Positions 8,158 through 16,048 of a DNA stretch of 64,000 bases are shown here, piece after piece. The stretch lies in assembly GCA_040388195.1 (NCBI GenBank), contig JAZKCF010000003.1, positions 38,752 to 102,751 on the forward strand, read 5' to 3'. The notes below the pieces were generated by a model. The model was not told the DNA's origin. It saw only the letters and a list, made by a program, of their open reading frames with translations, and ran no database searches. Each line of letters begins with the position of its first letter. The first letter of the stretch is position 1. Position numbers and translations under genes: made by a program. The DNA is from Pseudomonadota bacterium (GTDB lineage Bacteria > Pseudomonadota > Gammaproteobacteria > Burkholderiales > DATLHW01).

Positions 8158-9693
8158 ATGAAAGGAACAGAACTTGGTCCAGTGACATGGCCAATTGAAA
8201 CAGTTCAACCCAGTAGTAGAGGGGGAACATTAAGAGACATTCTGAATATCATATTTCGGCATCGGCGTATTGTGTCGACGTTCTTTATCGGTACTGTCAT
8301 TACCGTCTTAATTGCGGTGTTGTTTTTTACTAAGCAGACCTACGTTGCCACAGCGCAATTGGTCGTTTCACCCGGACGTGAACATATTTCTGATATGTGG
8401 ACAGCTGCCGGTGGTCGATTACAACCGCAGCTCGCTTTTAATGAAGAAGAGCAGCTTGGCCGGACGACGGAGATGTTGATGGGACGTTTTCTGGCAGAAC
8501 GAGTAGTAAAGGCGATTGGGCCAACGATCTTGTATGACGATTTGACGAATGATCGCACCATATTGTTTGGCCTATTCAAAGCGCCTTCTGCCACGGAAAA
8601 GGCGATTACCCGCTTCCTTAAAAATGTAACGGCGGTGCCAGTGGGCAGATCAGGGTTAGTCAACTTAAGTTTTCGGCACGAAAGTGCTTTCATGGCCGCA
8701 AAGGTTGTCAATGTGCTGGGAGATTTGTACGTCAAGCGACATTTAGAAGTGCAGAAGAATCAGCTTTCCGATGCGGCTATAGAAGAGCAGTTCGAAGTAC
8801 TGAAGAAAAAGCTGCGTGATTCAGAAGATAAATTATATGCCTTCAAGCAGCGCTATGGCATTACGGCAACCGCGAAGGATGAGCAGGATCTCTCGAGTCG
8901 GCAAGTATTGACCTACCGCAACGGGCTTAACGAAACACGTAAACAGCAAAGCGAGGTAGGCAGCAGGCTATCGGCATTGCGCGGTCAGCTTAATCAAACG
9001 TCACGTAATCCAACAGCAGCTTCGGCGGTGCAGCAAAAGTTAATTAACCTCGAATTACAAGAGAGTGAATTATCGCAACGAGTGACCCCCGCACATCCTA
9101 CCTTACGCAGTTTGCGTCATGAGATCGCAGCGGTGCGAAAGCAACTTGGCAGTATTGAAGGGAGCAAGCCATACGGTACGGTAGCAACTAGCCAAGGTGG
9201 TTTGTTTGGGGAATTGCAACAAGAAATGTTGCATAACGAGGCTGAACAAAAGGCACTGGCGGCGCGTGCGCAATCCGAAGAAAGCATGCTGGAGGAGAAT
9301 CAGCGCCGCCTTAAGGTGTTGGAAGAAATTAGTGTTGAATTTAATCACCTTCAGCAACAGGCGCAGTTGGATGATCAGAATTATCGGCTATTCATGACTA
9401 AGATGGAGGAATCGCGCATTTCCAGCGCAATGGATGCTAAGAACATCGCGAGCGTCCGTGTCATTGAACCGGCTGAGCCACCACCAGCGCCAGCGAACGC
9501 CAAAAAATTATTAAAAATCGCGATGGGGCTTATTTTCGGTGGCGTAGGCGGCGTGGCTCTGGCATTTCTGTTGCATTTTGTCCATGGCCGGCTGGATACG
9601 ATTGAAGATGTAGAGCGTTCGTTGGAATTACCAGTATTAGCGTCAATTCCGCAACTTAATTGGAAAAGCTCACCGTCGGCTAGCAGTACATAA
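8158..9693 (+). CDS. Polysaccharide co-polymerase / chain-length determinant (Wzz/GumC, PCP-2 type without a fused kinase)
   Basis: N-terminal and C-terminal TM helices flank a long coiled-coil periplasmic region, followed by a proline-rich PAEPPPAP segment before the last TM. A good RBS (AAGGGGAG) is present. Confidence 0.85.
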   Translation: MKGTELGPVTWPIETVQPSSRGGTLRDILNIIFRHRRIVSTFFIGTVITVLIAVLFFTKQTYVATAQLVVSPGREHISDMWTAAGGRLQPQLAFNEEEQLGRTTEMLMGRFLAERVVKAIGPTILYDDLTNDRTILFGLFKAPSATEKAITRFLKNVTAVPVGRSGLVNLSFRHESAFMAAKVVNVLGDLYVKRHLEVQKNQLSDAAIEEQFEVLKKKLRDSEDKLYAFKQRYGITATAKDEQDLSSRQVLTYRNGLNETRKQQSEVGSRLSALRGQLNQTSRNPTAASAVQQKLINLELQESELSQRVTPAHPTLRSLRHEIAAVRKQLGSIEGSKPYGTVATSQGGLFGELQQEMLHNEAEQKALAARAQSEESMLEENQRRLKVLEEISVEFNHLQQQAQLDDQNYRLFMTKMEESRISSAMDAKNIASVRVIEPAEPPPAPANAKKLLKIAMGLIFGGVGGVALAFLLHFVHGRLDTIEDVERSLELPVLASIPQLNWKSSPSASST

Positions 9694-9758
9694 ATACATT
9701 CTCCAGCAATTGGTCTTATTGAAGATTGGAGAGGCCGATCGGGTAACAAGGAACGAAT

Positions 9759-10733
9759 ATGGATAAAAGTCGTAATACGATGAAGCTAAACCGTACTCAG
9801 GAAATAGACGAAGCTGAAAAAACCGTACAACCATCCTCACCGGAACAAAGTAAGCAGAGGCGCGAATCGCTTATAGAAGCTGCGATGGACTTTGCGCTTC
9901 GCGAAGTTTCTCATTTGGAAGAGACACGCGAACCGACGGTGAATCGGCAACGCCAATCACAAGTAGATGTAGAGATGAAAGCGGAGGTTCATCCTGCACT
10001 TGATCCGGTCCACAAATCACCTGCTCATACATATATCAGGCCCAATGAGAAGGAAATGCCCATGGTTGGTATTTCGCTCAAGGCGGAAGCCAGCATATCA
10101 GCCTGTGATGCACCGGAGGATTACGAAAAATTAAGAGCTCATTTTTATACACGCTATCCGGGAGATGCGATGAAAGTCATTCTCTTTATTGGCGTTAGTT
10201 CTGGTAGTGGAATATCGACCGCAGCAGCGAATTTCGCCGCTACTGTTGCGCAAGATGCGGATTCCAAGGTGCTATTGATAGATGCTAATTTTCGATCAGG
10301 AAAGCATCAATCAGATGACGACGCATGGAACGAAACTGGAGAACCAACTAGCCTTAGCAAGCTGCTCGCCGAGCCTTCACCGGTGTGGCCCGCGCCGGGG
10401 CCGTCCAATCTCTATGTGTTGCCGCGTGGTGTTTCTAGCACGATGCCCTTATCGCTTTTTCAATCGGAGAATTATGACCGGTTGTTAGATAGAGTGCGGC
10501 AACACTTTCGTTATGTAATCGTGGATGGCCCAGCATTGCAAGGGCATCCTGAAGCGCTGGTGCTTAGCCGGAAAGCGGATGGCGTCATCCTGGTTATTGA
10601 ATCGGAAGCGACACGTAAGCGCACAGCATTGTGGGCCAAGGAACAAATTGAAGCAGCTGGGGGGGCGGTACTTGGTGCAGTATTGAATAAGCGGAAATAT
10701 TACATTCCGGATTGGTTGTATAAATATATTTAG
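9759..10733 (+). CDS. BY-kinase-like / MinD-ParA-fold ATPase partner of the co-polymerase, with a degenerate Walker A
   Basis: The ATPase fold is recognisable: IGVSSGSGISTAAANFA (Walker A position), LLIDANFR (Walker A'), VIVDGPAL (Walker B) and a Tyr-rich tail KRKYYIPDWLYKYI. The canonical GK[ST] lysine is Ile (ATA, 10212-10214). Confidence 0.7.
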   Translation: MDKSRNTMKLNRTQEIDEAEKTVQPSSPEQSKQRRESLIEAAMDFALREVSHLEETREPTVNRQRQSQVDVEMKAEVHPALDPVHKSPAHTYIRPNEKEMPMVGISLKAEASISACDAPEDYEKLRAHFYTRYPGDAMKVILFIGVSSGSGISTAAANFAATVAQDADSKVLLIDANFRSGKHQSDDDAWNETGEPTSLSKLLAEPSPVWPAPGPSNLYVLPRGVSSTMPLSLFQSENYDRLLDRVRQHFRYVIVDGPALQGHPEALVLSRKADGVILVIESEATRKRTALWAKEQIEAAGGAVLGAVLNKRKYYIPDWLYKYI

Positions 10734-10765
10734 GCCATCGGGTGGAATATTAAGTGCAAAAAATA

Positions 10766-10935
10766 TTGACCGACTGGTCTGTCATGGTGAGTTCGTTAAG
10801 CACCTTTTCTCCATTGTCATTCTGAGTGCAACGAAGAATCTGTTTTTTTGGTTGCGTTATGTAAGGTGTCGATGTTTAGAGCGGATTCTCTGCAACCAGA
10901 ATGCCAGTCACACAATGTGCAACATTCAGGGTGAC
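10766..10935. repeat. Family B palindromic repeat, copy 2
   Basis: Contains TTGTCATTCTGAGTGCAACGAAGAATCTG and a degenerate inverted arm GCGGATTCTCTGCAACCAGAATGCCAGTCAC. The boundaries are approximate. Confidence 0.7.
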
Positions 10936-10980
10936 TGGCAACTATGAGAACGCAGATCAATGGCGGTAGGCGAAAAAATT

Positions 10981-11772
10981 ATGAAAAATGATGACAGCGT
11001 TTCCATTTTTGGCGTGCGCATTACTAACTTCTCCACAGGGGAAGCGATTGATTTGATGCAACAGATGCTGATCGATAATTCCGATAAATACAGCATTTAC
11101 ATTGCTAACGCGCATACGCTTAACCTCGCGGGTGATGACAAGAATTACCAGGCACTGCTAAATCGGGCGAGTAGAGTGTTTGCCGATGGCACCGGTGCAC
11201 GGTGGGCGGCGCGCGTGCGTGGGGTGCGCCTTAAGGAAAACTTAGTCGGTACTGATCTTATCCCAAACCTGTTTGAAGCGACGGCGGGTAAAGGGTATCG
11301 ATTTTATCTACTTGGCGGCACACCGGAAAATGTAAACCGTGCCGCGAACACTTGCCGTCGTCTGTACCCAGGCTGGGAGCTGGTTGGATTTCAACACGGT
11401 TACCTAAACGAGGAAGAGACGGCACAAGCAATTGATGAAATCAACGCGCTGCGACCGAACATATTATTGGTCGCAATGGGAAATCCATACCAGGAGCAAT
11501 GGATAGACAAAAATCGCGCGCGTCTAACCATTCCACTTTGCATCGGCATCGGAGGGCTTGTGAATTATTGGGCCGGTGCTATGAAACGAGCACCTATGTG
11601 GGTACGGAAGCAAGGGTTTGAATGGGCGAAAATTCTTTTGCAGCAACCACATAAGTGGCGGCGGTACCTTTTAGGGAATCCGAAATTCTTAGTACGCATT
11701 GTTCTCGAACTTTCGCGGGATAAGCGTCTTGCGCTATCCCAAGTGCCGATGGCTGACTCCAAGGCGGATTAA
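10981..11772 (+). CDS. WecB/TagA/CpsF family glycosyltransferase (GT26)
   Basis: Motifs ANAHTLNLA, FADGTGARWAAR, YRFYLLGG and ILLVAMGNPYQEQWI. The ORF opens at 10960, but the ATG at 10981 (MKNDD...) is equally possible. Confidence 0.85.
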   Translation: MKNDDSVSIFGVRITNFSTGEAIDLMQQMLIDNSDKYSIYIANAHTLNLAGDDKNYQALLNRASRVFADGTGARWAARVRGVRLKENLVGTDLIPNLFEATAGKGYRFYLLGGTPENVNRAANTCRRLYPGWELVGFQHGYLNEEETAQAIDEINALRPNILLVAMGNPYQEQWIDKNRARLTIPLCIGIGGLVNYWAGAMKRAPMWVRKQGFEWAKILLQQPHKWRRYLLGNPKFLVRIVLELSRDKRLALSQVPMADSKAD

Positions 11773-11787
11773 GGCCGACATATCGCT

Positions 11788-12654
11788 ATGACCTCAATGC
11801 TGCGCTGGAAAATAAAAAAACTTGCTCGCACTGGAATGGCAACGGGTTCATGGTTAAGTGGGCGGGCGCCGGCGATCAATGCTAATCGCCAACGCCAAAA
11901 GGTGAGGGTACTTACGTATCATCGTTTTGGAAAAATAACGCGAGATCCGTTTTGCATCGAACCGGACGATTTCGAAAAACAGATGCGTTATCTTGCTGAA
12001 CAAGGCTTGATTGTTTCTCTTGCAGACTTGCAGGGCTTTATCGCCGGTAAGACTGTGTTGCCACCCGGCGCAGTGGTGGTCACTGTCGACGACGGATTTC
12101 GTAGTTTATATACCACTGCGCTTCCCATTCTAAAAAACTACGGCATCCCCGCAACGGCATTTGTTAGTCCCGGACTTATTCATGCGACGAAAGGTGCGCC
12201 GCCGATGCGTCATCCAGCGTCAGAGGAAGAATACTTAAGCTGGGATGAGTTAGCGAAATTAAGTGAAGATGACATCACCATAGCCTCTCATGGCTGGAGT
12301 CACCAATCACTTGGACGAATGTCGATTGATGAAGCGGAGGATGAAGCAGCCCGCTCTCGGGAAGCACTGGAATCTCATTTGGGGACTACCGTCAGTGCGT
12401 TTGCTTATCCGTTTGGAACTGTTGCCGACTTCAATGTTGCAACTGCGAGCATATTAGCGGAGACGGGATATCGCTGTGCATTTACCTCGCAGCATGGTGC
12501 TATATCGCCAGGAATGGATTCGTATTGTTTGCCGCGAGTGAAAGTAGAAAGTGGAGAGCGGCTTTGGCAATTTCAGCTATTGTTGCGTGGCGGATTGGAT
12601 GGTTGGTCGTTAATCGACAGAACGCTATGGCGGCTTCAAGCGGCGGGACGATGA
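11788..12654 (+). CDS. Polysaccharide deacetylase (NodB homology domain, CE4)
   Basis: VTVDDGFRSLYTTALPILKNYGIPATAFV (the TFDDG-like motif 1), plus SHGWSH and AYPFG motifs. Confidence 0.85.
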   Translation: MTSMLRWKIKKLARTGMATGSWLSGRAPAINANRQRQKVRVLTYHRFGKITRDPFCIEPDDFEKQMRYLAEQGLIVSLADLQGFIAGKTVLPPGAVVVTVDDGFRSLYTTALPILKNYGIPATAFVSPGLIHATKGAPPMRHPASEEEYLSWDELAKLSEDDITIASHGWSHQSLGRMSIDEAEDEAARSREALESHLGTTVSAFAYPFGTVADFNVATASILAETGYRCAFTSQHGAISPGMDSYCLPRVKVESGERLWQFQLLLRGGLDGWSLIDRTLWRLQAAGR

Positions 12655-12711
12655 CGTAGTACGACGGCGTCATAAATTAATTCTCTGCCTGTTTGGTGAA
12701 GGGGGGTAATA

Positions 12712-12843
12712 GGTCTTCACACCGAATTTGTTAAGAGAAACTAAGTTTTGTTACAGGCCAAAACTTTCCACTGTCATTCTGAGCGCAGCGAAGAATCTGC
12801 TTTTTGCTAGCAAAATCTACTCACAAATCCTCCGCGACAGACC
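12712..12843. repeat. Family B repeat, copy 3 (shortened; one inner arm missing)
   Basis: Ends are GGTCTTCACACCGAATTTGTTAAG ... CAAATCCTCCGCGACAGACC. The core is CTGTCATTCTGAGCGCAGCGAAGAATCTGCTTTTTGC. Confidence 0.7.
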
Positions 12844-12947
12844 AATAGTTTGAATTTATACAGTTGCGCAATATTGTTCGATTATCAATCTATATATAAA
12901 TATGCGTCATTCATTTCACGATGTAACTGACTTATCAATCCATCAAT

Positions 12948-14444
12948 ATGCCGGCAGATAGACAACTGTACCACCGAGATAACTCATCGTTCTCCACGGC
13001 TGGGTTACTTACGCTGATAGTCGGTTGTTTGGCGGGTGGATCATTAGTTGTCATAGCTGATGCCGATTTACGATGGTTAATTGTTATTTCTTTGGTAGCT
13101 GTATTCATCTGCCTGATATTAGCGGTTCCTAGTCGTGAGAAATTTGCGTGGATGTCATTAGTTCTGAGCCTACAACTATTAGACCCCGCAGTGCGTCTTT
13201 TCTACGGCGGTCCACGCCGTGATGGATTGATGTTCACACTCGCATTTCTGATCGGACTATGCGTGCTTTTTATGTATGCGGTATCCGGTAAATTTTCACG
13301 TAATTATCCATTCCAATGGGGCGGGGCGCTTAAGTGGCCGATAGTCCTGCTTTTTGCTACCTCAGCCGCATCGCTTTTGCATAGTCACGAAAAATTTATT
13401 GGCGTTGGTACGATGCTTGTTCAGGTTGAATTGTATGTGCTTTATCTTATTGCGCTTAACTGCGTGCGATCGGAAGAGGATCTGCGTACCACGTTGAAGT
13501 GGTTGTTTGTTACCTTAGGAATTCAATCAATTATTTATTACGTCGAATGCATTTACGGTATTTATTATATTTCGCCTTTAGGCCAAATAATTACCGCGCA
13601 AGAGAGCGAGTTGAAACGCCCCGGCGGTACCATTTCTCACAATCCATTCGGCTTCGCGAATTTCATCCTACTTATTATGCTGATTCTGATTGCGGAGTTT
13701 TTGCCAGCTCGTGCTCATGGCGCGGCGCCGCGCTGGTACAAAGGTATATTGATTGGAATGGGTGTTATCGCGTTGATTCTTACCCTGAGCCGATCGGCAT
13801 GGATCTCGTTTTTGGTTGGTGGTGCGTGGCTGGTGATTATTGCTTATCGTCGGCGCATTCTTGCCTATCAGAAAATTCTTTATATCGCGATAGTAGCCGG
13901 AGTAGCGGCGTTTGTCGCGGCGCCGTTGATTGTTCTCAGGCTTCAAAGTTCGCCGTTGCAGCGCTCTTATGACGAACGCTTTGCACTTATGCAAATGGCG
14001 ATAAATGTCATTATTCACAATCCCATTTTTGGGGTCGGCCCCGGTGCTTATGAAGTGAGTTATAAAAATTATCTGACAGCGGATTTAGCCGATAAATGGC
14101 TGTGGACTGTTCATAATCATTATCTCTTGCGAACAGCTGAGACCGGAATTCCCGGCGGCCTTGCGTGGATACTATTGATCGTCATGGGAATAGTGCAAGC
14201 GCTTCGTCTCAGCAAATCGAGACGCCTTCCGATAAGAACGTTGGCGATTGGTTGCGGGGCAGGCATCGTTGCCGTTGCGCAACAGATGTATTGGGATATG
14301 TGGACGCATGTCGTGGCGCAAGAATTGTTTTGGTTTCTACTTGGATTAATGGGCGCAGCAGAAGTTATTGATCGAAGAGCACGACAGGCAGAAATGCTAG
14401 CCACGCAGCGAGTGCAGGCTGCCGACATTAGCAGTGGTCGATGA
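12948..14444 (+). CDS. O-antigen ligase/polymerase-like membrane protein (Wzy_C domain family)
   Basis: About 10-12 TM helices, with the signature LTLSRSAWISFLVG followed by a periplasmic loop (PIFGVGPGAY...). Confidence 0.8.
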   Translation: MPADRQLYHRDNSSFSTAGLLTLIVGCLAGGSLVVIADADLRWLIVISLVAVFICLILAVPSREKFAWMSLVLSLQLLDPAVRLFYGGPRRDGLMFTLAFLIGLCVLFMYAVSGKFSRNYPFQWGGALKWPIVLLFATSAASLLHSHEKFIGVGTMLVQVELYVLYLIALNCVRSEEDLRTTLKWLFVTLGIQSIIYYVECIYGIYYISPLGQIITAQESELKRPGGTISHNPFGFANFILLIMLILIAEFLPARAHGAAPRWYKGILIGMGVIALILTLSRSAWISFLVGGAWLVIIAYRRRILAYQKILYIAIVAGVAAFVAAPLIVLRLQSSPLQRSYDERFALMQMAINVIIHNPIFGVGPGAYEVSYKNYLTADLADKWLWTVHNHYLLRTAETGIPGGLAWILLIVMGIVQALRLSKSRRLPIRTLAIGCGAGIVAVAQQMYWDMWTHVVAQELFWFLLGLMGAAEVIDRRARQAEMLATQRVQAADISSGR

Positions 14445-14475
14445 GAAGGAAAATCTTGAATCATAGTATTACTCT

Positions 14476-14581
14476 TAGGGCTTACACAAAACCGCCTCAG
14501 CAAGGCGCGACGACGCAGACAGTACGGATTTGTACGGCGAAGGAGGCGCAACGCCGCTGGGACGGTTTTGCGTAAGTCCTA
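14476..14581. repeat. Family A palindromic repeat, copy 2
   Basis: TAGGGCTTACACAAAACCG...CGGTTTTGCGTAAGTCCTA. The internal sequence is collinear with copy 1. Confidence 0.85.
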
Positions 14582-14613
14582 ACTCTGTAAACGTATTTAA
14601 ACCGGAGCAATAA

Positions 14614-15888
14614 ATGCTTACGTTGGTTCAAAAAACACCTATTCAGCAAAGCGCGCCTAATCTACGGGAAAAGAGAATTTTGCTGGTGCATTTGGATTCG
14701 TTATTTCCAAAAGTAATGGCAAGCCAAGAACGGGTTTACCGAATGGCCGAGCGCTTATCGCGGGATCATATTGTTGATGTGGCGACCACGGTGCGCGATG
14801 AATTGGAACTCGAAGAGTCACGCAAGCATCTCCATGGTGTTTGTAACACTTTTTATCCGATCATTCCGATCAACCCAATGCGCAATCAGATAAAAAGGAA
14901 AATAAGGCGTATCGAATACTATTTATATAATCGCCTTCGTCAGTATCCTCATCATTACTTCTATGGCGGCCATCCGAAAATAATGGCGCAGTTGGCAAAC
15001 ATTGTGAAGCGTAATCACTACGATGTGGTGCAAGCGGAGTATTGGTATATGGGTAAACTTTTCGAATTTATTGATGCAGATATTTATAAGACTATCGATA
15101 CACACGATGTATTGTTTGATAAAAAGCGGCAGGAGATATTCCATCAGTACAATGATAATCCGCCAGTATCGAAACGACAGGAGCTAGCCAAGTATCGTGA
15201 GTTGGAACTCAAATATCTCAAGCTGGCCGATTTGATTATTTCGATCTCCATGGCGGACAAGCAGACATTCGATAACCTGCACTTGGGAAACGACAATCTA
15301 TTGGTGCCGATTGGCCAAGATGTCGAACACTTTAAAAATGGCGCATTGCTTAATCCGCAGGAAAACGTTGTGTTGTTCTACGGTAGTATGGGTGGGCAAG
15401 AAAACATTGATGCGTTTTTTAGGCTTTGGCGCGGCATCTTTCCTCGCATTAAACAGATGGTACCGGACGCAAAATTATTAGTTCTCGGTGCAAATCCGCC
15501 GCAATCGATAAAGAGTCTGCATAACGGACAAGAGGTAATCGTGACGGGATTCGTCGATGATGTACGCGGTTATTTATCCCGAGCAAAGGTGGCCGTTATT
15601 CCACTCAATGTCGCTGCGGGTTTCAGGGGGCGTTCGGTTGATGTGATGGCAATGGAGGTACCGGTAGTGGGTACTCATCGAGCGCTGGATTGTGTACAAA
15701 TAAAAAACGGCGTGCACGGTTATATAGCGGATAGCGATGCGGAGATGGCTCATCATGCGGCACAGCTTTTGATGAACGATACCTTACGGCTGCAAATGGG
15801 ACGTGAGTGTCGCGAGTTTGTGATGGATAAATATTCGCTGGATGCGACGATTGGGAAGTTGTCGGATTACTATCTAGCGCTTGCGTAG
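14614..15888 (+). CDS. GT-B glycosyltransferase (GT4-like)
   Basis: The C-terminal half shows the GT4 pattern (VLFYGSMGGQENIDA..., LVLGANPP, VIPLNVAAGFRGRSVDVMAMEVPVVGT). Confidence 0.8.
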   Translation: MLTLVQKTPIQQSAPNLREKRILLVHLDSLFPKVMASQERVYRMAERLSRDHIVDVATTVRDELELEESRKHLHGVCNTFYPIIPINPMRNQIKRKIRRIEYYLYNRLRQYPHHYFYGGHPKIMAQLANIVKRNHYDVVQAEYWYMGKLFEFIDADIYKTIDTHDVLFDKKRQEIFHQYNDNPPVSKRQELAKYRELELKYLKLADLIISISMADKQTFDNLHLGNDNLLVPIGQDVEHFKNGALLNPQENVVLFYGSMGGQENIDAFFRLWRGIFPRIKQMVPDAKLLVLGANPPQSIKSLHNGQEVIVTGFVDDVRGYLSRAKVAVIPLNVAAGFRGRSVDVMAMEVPVVGTHRALDCVQIKNGVHGYIADSDAEMAHHAAQLLMNDTLRLQMGRECREFVMDKYSLDATIGKLSDYYLALA

Positions 15889-16048
15889 CAGAAAATATTC
15901 TCGGCATGGTCACGAACTTATTTGCAGCACCGCTCTGTTATGTTCCGCCAGCGTAGTCTATTGGCTTAGCCTCGAAATTCCATAATTCGTACATGCCGAA
16001 AGAAGGAAAATGCCTATTTAACTAATTTTTCAATAATGAATTGTTTTG

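Noticed and set aside
10962-10969. GGCGGTAG, the 8-nt ops/JUMPStart core recognised by RfaH, just upstream of the WecB/TagA-like gene in the EPS locus
   Set aside because: An 8-mer is expected about twice by chance on the two strands of 64 kb. An identical 8-mer occurs inside the GT2 coding sequence at 682-689. No extended JUMPStart context is recognisable and no RfaH gene is in view. I did not count it as a feature.
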